From assembly GCA_018238625.1 (NCBI GenBank), contig JABCSY010000020.1:1-46925 (forward strand): 46,925 nucleotides of DNA, read 5' to 3'. This document shows, one piece after another, positions 1-10,564 of this stretch (position 1 is the first letter of the stretch; the number at the start of each line of letters is the position of its first letter). The notes under the pieces were generated by a model. It was not told where the DNA came from. It did not search any database and was given only the letters and a program-made list of their open reading frames with translations. Source of the stretch: Promethearchaeota archaeon. GTDB taxonomy: Archaea > Asgardarchaeota > Lokiarchaeia > Sigyniarchaeales > SOKP01. A program made the position numbers and the translations under genes.

Positions 1-1
1 A

Positions 2-142
2 TATTTTGAAATGACAATGAGAAACTTTACTATTGGGATGTGGTTAACTCCTAGCATAGAAATGGGAATTACATTGATGGTGGTCTTTATAATAGCGTAC
101 TTTGTAATAGCAGCGCTTTTATTTAAGAGAAGACAATTATGA
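2..142 (+). CDS. 3' end of a membrane protein, probably an ABC-2 type permease (partial, runs off window)
   Basis: Open frame from base 2: YFEMTMRNFTIGMWLTPSIEMGITLMVVFIIAYFVIAALLFKRRQL*. A TM helix followed by FKRRQL is typical of ABC permease C-termini. Not in the ORF track. Confidence 0.55.
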   Translation, partial: YFEMTMRNFTIGMWLTPSIEMGITLMVVFIIAYFVIAALLFKRRQL

Positions 143-154
143 GGTGATAAAAAA

Positions 155-1126
155 ATGTTAAAAAATAGGAAATTGAGTAGTAGAAGTTTACTAAGTGTTT
201 TACTCTTAGGTATAATTTTGATGGGATTGATATCAACTTCAGTATCGGCAAATCCAACGTATGAAATAGCTTTAACAAAAGGAACTGAAATTTTCGAAAT
301 AACAAAATACGATAACGACGGATGGGAAAATACGGTAGGTAACACTACTATGCCTGACGATTGGTTCGAAGGAGATTCTAATAAAACTGGAGCGCAGGGT
401 AAGTATACAGTTAAGGGTTGGAACTATTTAAAATTAAAAACCTATGAAATAATTCGTCAAGTAATGTTCTCTACTGAACAATTTATGGCATTTATGACTC
501 TCTCTGGCCTAGGTTATAATGAGACTGAGATTAACAATAATTACACTAATAGCTATTGGTTATGGTCTGGGGAAGGTGCAGAGTGGGACTTTACAGATTC
601 AGAATTTAACGAAACGGCTGACGATCCTATTAGTAAAATTGTAGTACTTAAGAATCCCGAGGATTATAACAAGATTTTAGACGATTATAACGATCTCGTA
701 GATACAATTCTTAACGATTCTAAAGTAGAAACATATATTCAATCGCAGTTTTCAAATATCACGGCAGATGAGTTGTTATGGAAATTAATCTTTGAAGGAT
801 TAGCAACAGCAAGCCCATTCAACGGTTATTTAAATGCTCTAATTAACGCACTCAACGTTGAAAATGCCACTGTTAACCAAAATACAATTATAATAGAAAG
901 ATACGGCGTTACAAATTATACTGTGGAAGTATCATATGGTAGTAAAGGAACTTTATCAACATTTATCGTAAAAGATGTAAGCGGTCAAATAATCTACCAA
1001 ATAACTAGCTCTAATACCGAATGGATCTTCTTTACGATACTACTGACAATTGGAATAAGTTTTGCGGGCATTGTTTCATACTTGCTGTTTAAAAAGTTTA
1101 AGCTCAACAAATCGAGAAAAATGTAA
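155..1126 (+). CDS. Exported or cell-surface protein with signal peptide and C-terminal membrane anchor
   Basis: GAGGTG RBS 8 nt before ATG; basic then hydrophobic N-terminus ending VSA; many N-x-S/T sequons; C-terminal TM and Lys-rich tail. Confidence 0.75.
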   Translation: MLKNRKLSSRSLLSVLLLGIILMGLISTSVSANPTYEIALTKGTEIFEITKYDNDGWENTVGNTTMPDDWFEGDSNKTGAQGKYTVKGWNYLKLKTYEIIRQVMFSTEQFMAFMTLSGLGYNETEINNNYTNSYWLWSGEGAEWDFTDSEFNETADDPISKIVVLKNPEDYNKILDDYNDLVDTILNDSKVETYIQSQFSNITADELLWKLIFEGLATASPFNGYLNALINALNVENATVNQNTIIIERYGVTNYTVEVSYGSKGTLSTFIVKDVSGQIIYQITSSNTEWIFFTILLTIGISFAGIVSYLLFKKFKLNKSRKM

Positions 1127-1252
1127 AATAAATTCTCTAATTTTTTTTATTTTATACTAATTTTAAGCTAAAAGATATCGTTCCTAACTGTTTTTTTAAA
1201 TTCAATTAAAAATAAAAAATGTTAAAAAAAAATTAGAATTAGTTTATTTTAG

Positions 1253-3856
1253 CTATTCAAGATCGTCGGAGATTGGTTTTTTTGGTTCAGAAAATCCTTC
1301 GGGATAAATGTTGGTTATATCTTTTGGTGTAGTATCGTATCCATTCTTTTCCATTAAAGAATATAATTTTTGCGTGTTGAAATCCATTGAAAACTCCATG
1401 ACTTCACCCGCTAATAGAACATATGAAAATGCGGTTAAAAAAGGAATTCCTGTGAATAAAACTACGATTATTAAAACTCCAAAAATCCAGCTAGTAACAT
1501 TATCTTCTTGAAAGAATCCCGAAAAGTCTACAGTTGTTAAGAATCCTATCAATGTTATTATTGCAGAAATTCCCGCCATTCCTTTTACCATTGATTGTGC
1601 CCATATACTGATTGGTTCGATGTCACCCGGTTGACGGTATTTTTTAGACTGACGAAAATACACAACTCCCGCGTCATCCAAGAGAAAGTTTCCTGAAATA
1701 AAGAACGAAAAGACAATAAAGGTTAAAATCATAGGAAATATACAACAAAGCATATAGCCATTCATGAACTGGAAAAATTCAGTAGATCCGAAAACCTCAA
1801 AATTTTGAGGATAGCCAAGAATTGGAGTTAACACACCATATGTGTAAAAACCAATTGCTATGGAGAGCATTAGGGGCAAAACTGTTCTTTTAAGTTGTAT
1901 TATTGTGCCAATTTCTTTTCGATCTTTCATATCAAGCACTACAATATCTGTGTTATAACTCTTAGATATCTTAAAAAATAAGGAGCGAAGTTTTACAAAT
2001 GTATAGGCAAATCTTGAAGCGAATCGATTGTACAACGCTGCGGTTAGTGGTAATGTTCCATACCATGTAATAATAACCACCAGGAAGCTAATAACTATCC
2101 CCGTCATATTTTCATTTGGAATCAGTGTATTGTTGAAAATGTTTATCTGTATTAAGAAAAATAAGAAAGTAACTGAAATCAGAGCAATCGCCGCTATGTT
2201 TACGGCAACTGTGAGTTTATGTTCCTTGATCTTTTTTCTGCTATAACTTACTTTTTTACTCTTCAATATTACCAAAAAGATCCCAATGCATAATAATGCT
2301 ACAAGAATGATAAAAAGAGGAAATCCTAGAGGAAAAAGAGGAGATAACCATAATGCTATTGGTTTTGAAGAAGCAAGAGCAGCTATCCTATCGTTACTCG
2401 CTAAAATAAAATCACCCTTACCATCCCCGTTTAAATCTTGAAAAGGAATGATCCGATCAGTTCCTTGGTTAGTATTTATTACGCTTAGTACCTCGTTTTC
2501 TGGAATACTAACAATACTAAATCGACTAACTTCACTAGTAGGGGAATACCAAGGTGCAAATCTTTCCCATAGAACAATTTCATCGATAGAATCTCCATTC
2601 AAATCCTCCCCTAAAACAAATATGTTCTGTAATTCATCGTTTTCGTCACATTGATCGTGATAAGGTCTAAAAATGTTTTCGGAAGTTTCTGTAACTACAT
2701 ATATTAAAATCTGGTTTTCTTTAGTGTGGTCAATATCGTCGTAAAAATCTCCCTTTATTATTAAGAATACCTCCTGATCAGTTGTGTTTGAACCGAGTGT
2801 CTCAATTCCGTAAATATGATATTCTATTTCTCGAGGTACATTGAATGTTCTAATAGTACTTCCGTCAATTCCACTAATTATTGAAACATTCCCTGTTTCT
2901 GTTGTTAAAAATATCTCCGGGATGGAATCGCCATTCAAATCCTCAGTAAATGTGTAATCACGAATATTTCCCATAAGTGTTTTATTAAAGATCGGATCTA
3001 AGAAGTTTGAGACGCTGGTATTCAGCAACATTATCTTATTACTATTTATAAAAAGCACATGCTCTTCAGAACCATAAGGAAATAGATCCATTGCCGGGAT
3101 CACATCTTGTTCGCTAATCCAAGAAAAATCAATATAAATTGAGTCAAATTTAGTACCGTTTACAAAATAGCTAGAAATGTTGTAAAAGTATTCGTAAGTT
3201 GCATTCGTTTTGGATTCACATTCTAGAAAAATGAGATCTGGTCTATTATCATCAAGTCCATCTAGATGAACTAAATCTTGTACAAAAAAGTTCGTAAAAC
3301 TACGATGATCTCCTGTTGCGATTGGAATGTCCGTACCGTTATTTCCATATATTAAAATGTTAGAATAATCGTTTAGTATGATTTCCGTCGTAGGGTTATC
3401 ACCCGGACTGATAGTCTTCCAATCTGACTCCACAGAGGCTATATTTGCAAAGTAGTCCTTATATCCGTCCCCGTTGACATCCATAACCTCGAAGACTTTT
3501 TTTACTGGGTTATTACAAATCTTCTCCCATATTTTACTTCCACTTAACCCATCTAACGCATAAATATTACCATAGTTAGGTATATCATTAAGGTCACCCT
3601 GATTATCACTATTCTGCCTAATTACATCACTATAAGCGATAGCATCCAAAAAGCCATCATTATTAAGGTCATCAGCTTCAAAAACGTTCATTTCCATTGA
3701 ATTTTTTCCACTAACCTCTTCCCATACCCATCCCGGTTGTAGTTCCATTTGGGTTACAAACGCTAACCCTAAACTTCCAAACACAATAAGGGACGCTGCT
3801 AAGAGAATGTAATTTATAGGGTGAGTTCTTTCTTCTTTACGTTTTTGTTCATTCAT
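1253..3856 (-). CDS. FG-GAP/VCBS (integrin-alpha-like Ca-blade) repeat protein fused to a polytopic membrane domain
   Basis: Motifs DLNNDGFLD, DVNGDGYKD, DLNGDSIPE, DLNGDSIDE, DLNGDGKGD; one N-terminal TM and about 7 C-terminal hydrophobic segments. Confidence 0.8.
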   Translation of the reverse strand: MNEQKRKEERTHPINYILLAASLIVFGSLGLAFVTQMELQPGWVWEEVSGKNSMEMNVFEADDLNNDGFLDAIAYSDVIRQNSDNQGDLNDIPNYGNIYALDGLSGSKIWEKICNNPVKKVFEVMDVNGDGYKDYFANIASVESDWKTISPGDNPTTEIILNDYSNILIYGNNGTDIPIATGDHRSFTNFFVQDLVHLDGLDDNRPDLIFLECESKTNATYEYFYNISSYFVNGTKFDSIYIDFSWISEQDVIPAMDLFPYGSEEHVLFINSNKIMLLNTSVSNFLDPIFNKTLMGNIRDYTFTEDLNGDSIPEIFLTTETGNVSIISGIDGSTIRTFNVPREIEYHIYGIETLGSNTTDQEVFLIIKGDFYDDIDHTKENQILIYVVTETSENIFRPYHDQCDENDELQNIFVLGEDLNGDSIDEIVLWERFAPWYSPTSEVSRFSIVSIPENEVLSVINTNQGTDRIIPFQDLNGDGKGDFILASNDRIAALASSKPIALWLSPLFPLGFPLFIILVALLCIGIFLVILKSKKVSYSRKKIKEHKLTVAVNIAAIALISVTFLFFLIQINIFNNTLIPNENMTGIVISFLVVIITWYGTLPLTAALYNRFASRFAYTFVKLRSLFFKISKSYNTDIVVLDMKDRKEIGTIIQLKRTVLPLMLSIAIGFYTYGVLTPILGYPQNFEVFGSTEFFQFMNGYMLCCIFPMILTFIVFSFFISGNFLLDDAGVVYFRQSKKYRQPGDIEPISIWAQSMVKGMAGISAIITLIGFLTTVDFSGFFQEDNVTSWIFGVLIIVVLFTGIPFLTAFSYVLLAGEVMEFSMDFNTQKLYSLMEKNGYDTTPKDITNIYPEGFSEPKKPISDDLE

Positions 3857-4134
3857 AATTTATTAGGTTAAATTAAATTTAATTACTAATACTTAAAATT
3901 ACAAAATTATAAACCTTAAGTAAAAATTAGCCAAAATTGTTATAAATCAAATTCATTGAGTACAGTAACACTAATTAAAGCTGAATTTGATTAATGGTTA
4001 TTAATCAAGATTAAAAAAGAAAAAAAATAATATTTATTGGGGTGTTTTAGAGTAAATTTTTACTTAAAAACTCTCGTGAAGTCGGCAAGTAAATAATTCT
4101 AAAGCGCTCCGCCTTATTTTTCGATAGATGGGTG

Positions 4135-4605
4135 TTAATTGTTTTGTTCTTCGTTAATATCTATCTTTTTTGCAAGTTTCTTTCCTATTGTAACCCTTAA
4201 AAGACCGTTAGTCAATTTAGAAGATATCGTATTTTCGTCTGCGTCAGCGGGAAGTGGAATGTCCATGTTTACGTCTGTGAACGTAAAGCCTCTAAATGCA
4301 AAAGGAAACCCTTGTTTTTCAGATTTCTCCTTGCTCTCTTCATGTTCTGATACTTTCGGCTTGCTTGCTGTTACATTTAGATTTTTATCGATAAGCGATA
4401 CTTTAACATCCTCTTTAGTACGTCCTGGCAATGGTACTGTAATTAAATATACGCTTCCTAAATCTTCTATGTTGTGGTGAATAGAACCGCCCATAAAATC
4501 TCTCATAAAATGATGGGCCATTCGCTTCATTTTAGCTATGTCTCTTGGATTAATAGGGATGCAACCTTGCATCATTCTTGGTCCAAAATTTCTGTCGTCA
4601 CACAT
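4135..4605 (-). CDS. Hsp20/alpha-crystallin family small heat-shock protein
   Basis: LPGRTKEDVKV...IPLPADADENTISSKLTNGLLRVTI and C-terminal IDI (IxI) motif. Confidence 0.9.
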   Translation of the reverse strand: MCDDRNFGPRMMQGCIPINPRDIAKMKRMAHHFMRDFMGGSIHHNIEDLGSVYLITVPLPGRTKEDVKVSLIDKNLNVTASKPKVSEHEESKEKSEKQGFPFAFRGFTFTDVNMDIPLPADADENTISSKLTNGLLRVTIGKKLAKKIDINEEQNN

Positions 4606-4653
4606 TCTATTTTTTACCTCTTTTCTTTAATTTTGTTTTGAAATTGATGAAAA

Positions 4654-5304
4654 TCAAAAGTTTTCGAAATCATCCTCATCGTCTACGATTTCAATAATTT
4701 TCACATTTTCTTCCCTTTTCTTCTTTAAATCATTGAGTAGAACCTTGTATTCAGAGATTGTTTTATCGATTTCTTTCAATCTTCTTGAAAGCCTATGCTT
4801 CGATAAGTCTAATTCTTTAATTACTTTGTTTACGCGTTCAATGTTGGTTAAAGAATAATCATCTTCATTTATTTTTCTAGATGAAGGTTCACAGTGATAA
4901 GGAAAGCAAGACATCATACCATGTATGCGTTCTTCGTTAGGAATCCATGTTTTAACAATTGTTCGAATGTACTCTCCAAGCGTGTTAATACTAGGCTCCA
5001 GATTATTTTTTAGTACTTCTTTTAATCCTTTTTTTCCCGATTCAGTTATTCTATATAATTTTAAATGACGATTGTTTCTGATTATTTCTTCAATATTGAT
5101 ATATCCTTTCGTAGTTAACCTGTTCAATAAAGGGTAAATTGTTCCCGGTGATGCTCGCCATAAACTTTTAAACTTTTCGTTGATTTTTCGAATAAGGGCG
5201 TATCCCGAGATACCGTCGAAATTTTCTATTATAGAAAGTACTAGGATATCTAATCCTGATAAGGACCCGCTCTGATGGCCGCTGAAACGTTTACCAAAAA
5301 ACAC
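4654..5304 (-). CDS. PadR-family transcriptional regulator
   Basis: SGYALIRKI...ASPGTIYPLLNRL...KLYRITESG wHTH followed by a coiled coil; GGTGA RBS before GTG. Confidence 0.9.
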   Translation of the reverse strand: MFFGKRFSGHQSGSLSGLDILVLSIIENFDGISGYALIRKINEKFKSLWRASPGTIYPLLNRLTTKGYINIEEIIRNNRHLKLYRITESGKKGLKEVLKNNLEPSINTLGEYIRTIVKTWIPNEERIHGMMSCFPYHCEPSSRKINEDDYSLTNIERVNKVIKELDLSKHRLSRRLKEIDKTISEYKVLLNDLKKKREENVKIIEIVDDEDDFENF

Positions 5305-5335
5305 TTATTTTCACCAATTTGTATAGTTTGATTTC

Positions 5336-5353
5336 GATATATTGTAATATATC
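5336..5353. promoter_or_regulatory. Inverted repeat GATATATT-gt-AATATATC, candidate operator for padR-hsp20
   Basis: Perfect 8-bp arms about 30 bp upstream of the padR start. Confidence 0.45.
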
Positions 5354-5429
5354 TAAAATCGAACATTAATAATTTAATGTAAAGACGCCTTAATAAATAT
5401 ATCGGAAATCGAATACACAAAAAATAGTA

Positions 5430-5996
5430 TTATAATTCTTTAATTTTTTGATGTATTTCCTTCCAATTATGAACCCTATAAACATTATTCTCACAAATAA
5501 TATCTTGATTCCAGGGTTGATTAAATAGCAACAATGTTCTGCTTTTTAACTTCTTAATTGGTTCTACTAAGTTCGGGTTATCGTCAACGTAGAGGTCATA
5601 ATGTTGTTTTAATTTAATATCGTAAGGCCGATGATGTAGTAAAATTAATTCAGAATATTGAATATTCTCCTTAATATTGTGAAAATCTAACGCTCTTTTT
5701 ATTGAGGAACGATATTTAGGTATCCTCGCCGAGACTATATCCACATCGTATGTCTCGTTTAATTTTTTCATAATTTCTGGAGCGTTCTCGTCAATAAAAG
5801 GAATTCTCATAGAATCAGCATATATTTCGTAGAAAATTTTAAAACCAGTATCTTCATCCACATTCCAATCTTTAAAGAAGTCCCATTTAGTAACGTCTTT
5901 TTTTTGATGGTTAGTGCCATATCTTTTGTTGAATATTATACAATATTCCACAATAATATCAAGTAAGACACCATCTATATCGATTGCGATTTTCAT
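5430..5996 (-). CDS. HAD-superfamily 5'(3')-deoxyribonucleotidase-like phosphatase
   Basis: IAIDIDGVL, IVSAR, YVDDNP, LFNQPWN motifs. Confidence 0.85.
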   Translation of the reverse strand: MKIAIDIDGVLLDIIVEYCIIFNKRYGTNHQKKDVTKWDFFKDWNVDEDTGFKIFYEIYADSMRIPFIDENAPEIMKKLNETYDVDIVSARIPKYRSSIKRALDFHNIKENIQYSELILLHHRPYDIKLKQHYDLYVDDNPNLVEPIKKLKSRTLLLFNQPWNQDIICENNVYRVHNWKEIHQKIKEL

Positions 5997-6421
5997 TATA
6001 AAACAATTGGCGATAATATTATAAATATCTTTATGTGATTATTATGTGATTTGTTCAAAGTAAATTTTGGTAATCACTACTTTGTTTAGAAATTTTCAAT
6101 TTGCTTGAAATTATTCGTTAAGTTTCGTTGAATTTTCGTTGAAACTAGGCGTTAAATTTATAAAGCCACATTAATATTACAGTAATGGGATTCGATTCCC
6201 ACAAATAATCATATAAACGAAGGTGATGATTTAAAAAAACCTGAATTGAATATAGAAAAATAAAAAAGTTTATCCTTTCCTCTACTAGGATTAACAAACA
6301 ACGACTCTTCTTTTTTTTCCCTTCTTCTTAATATTTTTTATTATAAATGTTAAATTAATTTTAATGTCTTTTAACGAATTAAATCGCAATTAAAATTAAA
6401 ATAAAAAGTTGTGAAGACTAA

Positions 6422-7198
6422 TTGAAGCAAATAAAGGGAATTTTGGCAGATATTGATGGAACGCTCTATTTTAAAGGTTCACCAATTTCTGGAGCCATCG
6501 AAGCCGTAGAAAAGCTACGAAAAAAAGGCATTAAAATGTTGTTTTTTACTAACACCGATAGTAAATCTCCTAGAACTGTGTTTAATAGGCTGATTGAATA
6601 CGGATTTTCTATTAAGGAGAGAGAGATATTTACGCCAATTATCGCTTTAAAGGAATTCTTAGCTGAATGTCCCGATAAAAAGATTTTCTTGGTTACTACT
6701 GAAGAGGTTAAAGAAGAATTTCAAAAATTTCGTCAAATTAAGAGTTCTGAAGTACCGGATTTTGTAATTATAGGAGATTTTCGCGATAATTGGGACGTTA
6801 GCAGACTTAATATAGCTTTTAAATATGTTTTAAAGCATAAAGCTAAATTACTTGGAACGCAAGGAAATAAATACTACCTTGATCGAAATGGAGAGCCAGT
6901 AATAGATACGGGGTCTTTTGTGTGGATGATTGCCAACGCAGCAAATGTAGCGCCAAAAATATTTGGAAAGCCTTCTAAAGAATATTTCTTACAAGCTTTA
7001 AAGAGGCTTGATTTGCTAGCTGAGAACACTGTTGTAATAGGAGACGACATCGAATCAGATATTGAAGGTGCTCTTAATGCCAACATTAGAGGAATTCTCG
7101 TAAAAACGGGAAAAGGGCAATATTATCAACCATCGAAAGCGAGGATTAAACCCGATTTGGTAATTGAATCTTTTACTTCTATTTTGGAATATCTTTAA
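6422..7198 (+). CDS. HAD-IIA hydrolase (LHPP/NagD-like)
   Basis: DIDGTL, FTNT, GKPS, IGDDIESDI, LVKTGK motifs. Confidence 0.9.
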   Translation: MKQIKGILADIDGTLYFKGSPISGAIEAVEKLRKKGIKMLFFTNTDSKSPRTVFNRLIEYGFSIKEREIFTPIIALKEFLAECPDKKIFLVTTEEVKEEFQKFRQIKSSEVPDFVIIGDFRDNWDVSRLNIAFKYVLKHKAKLLGTQGNKYYLDRNGEPVIDTGSFVWMIANAANVAPKIFGKPSKEYFLQALKRLDLLAENTVVIGDDIESDIEGALNANIRGILVKTGKGQYYQPSKARIKPDLVIESFTSILEYL

Positions 7199-7267
7199 TT
7201 AACATCCTTTTGATATAAGATAAAAAAAAAGAAAATTTATTTTGGTTTTATATTAATTATAAAGTAG

Positions 7268-7744
7268 TTATCTATCGAGAGTAATGAAAGAGTAAACTAA
7301 TAATACAAATACTAATGCATAAACACCTAAATGGAATGTAATATATATACTAAAATAACCTAAATCCAGCGATCTAACCAGGCCTCTTATTCCTAAAAAT
7401 ATACTAATTCCGGTAAAGATTCCGCTTGCAATAATTACACCTCTACTATCCCTTACAAGTGCGGTTAAAATCCCTAGAATGAAATATATAAAACATGCGA
7501 CTCCTATAAACAGGAAAGTTGCTATCAATAAAAAAAAACCTGCCGCTAATCCAACTCCCAAAGCAGCAAAAAACTCCCCTATATTTTCTGCCTGCAATTC
7601 TGGAAAAGCAAGATCATAGAATATGAAAACTCCTGTATCATCAACAAAAACCAATAAAATTCGTGTTCCAATTGTAATGAGCAATAAGATGCCCGCTGTC
7701 ATCATAAACCTTTCTCTGAGTTCCATTAACTTATAAACCTCCAA
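7268..7744 (-). CDS. Hypothetical integral membrane protein (4-5 TM)
   Basis: Hydrophobic ORF. The track's TTG start overlaps a GGAGG RBS, so the true start is probably the downstream ATG (MELRE). Confidence 0.7.
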   Translation of the reverse strand: MEVYKLMELRERFMMTAGILLLITIGTRILLVFVDDTGVFIFYDLAFPELQAENIGEFFAALGVGLAAGFFLLIATFLFIGVACFIYFILGILTALVRDSRGVIIASGIFTGISIFLGIRGLVRSLDLGYFSIYITFHLGVYALVFVLLVYSFITLDR

Positions 7745-7911
7745 TATTGGATTAATTTTAAACTCAAATAAACAATGATTACAAAAAATAAGGATAATGA
7801 ATAATATAAAATTTATGACAATTAAGTAAAATAATTATTTCTTTTTATTAGATATACTGCTAACAAAGAAAGAATAGCGTCTTTAATCGTTATGAATTAG
7901 ATATTTAGGTC

Positions 7912-8112
7912 TTATGCTGACATAGGTGAAGAATTAGCTAATCCATTATTTTTGAAAACTTTATATTCATCCTTTATTTCTTTAATATCTACGATAATAA
8001 GCGTGTGAAGATGATGTTTTCTTTCAAAAAGATCGATTTTACTTTGATTTAAGGGATTGTTTGGGTGAATTACTACATATTCCTTACATTTAATACATGC
8101 TCGAGCTCTCAT
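7912..8112 (-). CDS. Small hypothetical protein, possible CxxC...HxxH zinc binder
   Basis: CIKC and HHLH motifs; ATG start. Confidence 0.65.
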   Translation of the reverse strand: MRARACIKCKEYVVIHPNNPLNQSKIDLFERKHHLHTLIIVDIKEIKDEYKVFKNNGLANSSPMSA

Positions 8113-8315
8113 AATACGGCCTTAAAGATCATTCTTAAATCTATAATTATTAAAAATCAAATGAATAAGAAATCATTGCTTATTTTTTAAAAATGTTCGT
8201 GTTGATCGAACATAATAATAAAATAGGTAATTTCTAAACAATTGTCTAAACTCAATTTTGTTTTTTATTATTTCTTCCTTAATCTCTAAATTCTCTTTCA
8301 AGTAGATCGATCAAA

Positions 8316-10553
8316 CTAAATATCCATAAGGTTTGGTATCGTTGAGTCGTACAAATCCTTCATCTTTTCGATATTGAGTTTAATATCTTGAGATGCTAAA
8401 CCTTTTACATTGATTTCTGGTTTATTGATTAAAACACCTAACTTTTTAACAGTAACTTTAAATTTTTCAGCTAGAATCATAATTACCTCAAAATCTTTTG
8501 GCTCAGTTTCTATGATAAATCTCCCTACAGATTCGCTAAATAAAAGCTTATCGTCTCTTAAATTCGTGTCATTGTAATTATTTAGGTCTAAATCTGCTCC
8601 AAGTTTATTCTTAAAACACATTTCGGCAATTGAGATTAAAAACCCTCCCTTGTTTACGTCGTGATTGGCTTTAATCATTTTTTTTTCATACAATTTAAAA
8701 ATAAAATCCCACCTTGCCTTGATTTTTTTCTCATCTACTTTGGGTGGAAGCCCCCCTTCAATATCATACATAACTGAATGATATTCTGACCCGCCTAATT
8801 CATTTTCGGTTTCACCAATAATTAGAATGTCATCTCCTACATTTTTAAAAGGCAAAGTTATTATCTTTTCGACACCTTCAATTATACCAACAATCATAAT
8901 TACAGGTGCAGGTTTAATCGCCGTTTTGTTGACCTCGTCTTCGTTATAAAATGAAACATTTCCACCCACTACAGGGATTCTTAATTCTTTGCAAAAATCA
9001 GCCATACCTCTTACGGAATTTGCAAAATACCAGAAAGATTCGGGAATTTCTGGATTTCCGAAATTACAACAATTTACCATAGCTTTAGGTCTTGCACCAT
9101 TTGCTATTACATTCCCACAAACCTCTACAAGTCCTCCCTTGGCACCTTCGTAGGGATTTAGGAAACAGTGCTTTGAATTCGTTCCAACGCTCGATGCTAA
9201 AAATTTGTTAGTTCCGATTATTCTAAGCACTCCCGAGTCACCAGTTCCACATTTTACGACTGATCTAACTCCTACTTCGTGATCGTACTGTCTATAAACC
9301 CATTCCTTACTGCAAATATTTTCAGAAGCTATTAATTTGTAAATTATTTCTTCAAGATTAGAAGAAGGTTCGGGTGTTTTTTGGGATATTAGACCGTCAA
9401 GAATTTCAGGTCTTTTTTCTTCGCGATCTATTATTGGAGACTCTGAAAGAGCTATTGAAGGCAAATTAACTACTAATTTATCGCCATCATATATCTTCAA
9501 AACCTTAGAATCGTCTGTTCTACCTATTACTGCGTGAGCCATTTCAAACTTTCGAAAGATTTCTAAGATTTTTTCTAATCCTTCTGGTTTTACTATAAAT
9601 GCCATCCTTTCTTGGGATTCTGAAAGCATTATTTCGTAGGAATTCATGCCCGGTTCACGCGTAAATATTTTACGCATCTCTATCTTAGCTCCCGTCCCGC
9701 CGTCCCCTGTTAGCTCGCTTAGCGCACAGGATATCCCTCCACCGCCGAGATCTTTTAATCCCCTTACATAACCCGTTTTTATAGCTTCTATAGTTGCTTC
9801 AATTATCATTTTTTTCGTAAACGGGTCCCCTATTTGAACCGCCGGTCTATCTGCTTCAGACATGTCTGTTAATGTCCTTGAGGCAAATGTCACTCCATGA
9901 ATGCCATCTCTCCCAGTTGAGCCTCCCATAAGGATAATATAATCCTCTGGGTTATATGCTCTACTTGGTGCGTGTCTAAAATCATCAACGGTCCCTAATC
10001 CGATGCACGCAACATTTACTAAACAATTGCCTTCAAAACTTTTATCAAATTCTACCTCACCTCCAATGGTGGGGATCCCGGTACAATTCCCATAATCAGC
10101 AATACCTTTTACCACATATTTAAAAAGCCATTGAGAATGTGGATTATTTTTTAGAGTACCAAATCTAAGTGGGTCTAATAACGCAATTGGTCGTACGCCC
10201 ATACATAGAACATCCCTAATAATCCCACCTATACCCGTTGCAGCACCATGATAAGGCTCTATCGCTGAAGGGTGGTTATGAGATTCAATTCGAAATGCTA
10301 ATGCATAACCGTTTCCTATGTCAATAACCCCTGCATCTTCCCCAGGTCCAGCTAATACATAATCGTAATTTTTTTCAGCATCTTCAAAAAGCTTTAATTT
10401 AGGACGAGATGATTTATAGGAGCAATGTTCGCTCCACATGACATCAAACATGCCCAATTCCGTGATAGATGGGTCTCTTTCAAGCGTATCTTTTATCCAC
10501 TTAACTTCTGGCTCAGTTAAATCGACTTTTAATTCGCCTCCATTAACTTTCAC
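8316..10553 (-). CDS. purL: Phosphoribosylformylglycinamidine synthase subunit PurL
   Basis: WSEHCSYKSS, ESHNHPSA, GRDGIHG, SESQERM, GGNVSFYNE. Confidence 0.98.
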   Translation of the reverse strand: MKVNGGELKVDLTEPEVKWIKDTLERDPSITELGMFDVMWSEHCSYKSSRPKLKLFEDAEKNYDYVLAGPGEDAGVIDIGNGYALAFRIESHNHPSAIEPYHGAATGIGGIIRDVLCMGVRPIALLDPLRFGTLKNNPHSQWLFKYVVKGIADYGNCTGIPTIGGEVEFDKSFEGNCLVNVACIGLGTVDDFRHAPSRAYNPEDYIILMGGSTGRDGIHGVTFASRTLTDMSEADRPAVQIGDPFTKKMIIEATIEAIKTGYVRGLKDLGGGGISCALSELTGDGGTGAKIEMRKIFTREPGMNSYEIMLSESQERMAFIVKPEGLEKILEIFRKFEMAHAVIGRTDDSKVLKIYDGDKLVVNLPSIALSESPIIDREEKRPEILDGLISQKTPEPSSNLEEIIYKLIASENICSKEWVYRQYDHEVGVRSVVKCGTGDSGVLRIIGTNKFLASSVGTNSKHCFLNPYEGAKGGLVEVCGNVIANGARPKAMVNCCNFGNPEIPESFWYFANSVRGMADFCKELRIPVVGGNVSFYNEDEVNKTAIKPAPVIMIVGIIEGVEKIITLPFKNVGDDILIIGETENELGGSEYHSVMYDIEGGLPPKVDEKKIKARWDFIFKLYEKKMIKANHDVNKGGFLISIAEMCFKNKLGADLDLNNYNDTNLRDDKLLFSESVGRFIIETEPKDFEVIMILAEKFKVTVKKLGVLINKPEINVKGLASQDIKLNIEKMKDLYDSTIPNLMDI

Positions 10554-10564
10554 TTTAGGCAGTA

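Noticed and set aside
3945-3992. Inverted repeat AATCAAATTCA/TGAATTTGATT (similar short ones at 8193-8213 and 40894-40938)
   Set aside because: Short arms in AT-rich DNA; cannot be separated from chance without comparative data
6186-6201. tRNA gene or att-site fragment
   Set aside because: Only a T-arm-like hairpin; no acceptor, D or anticodon arms
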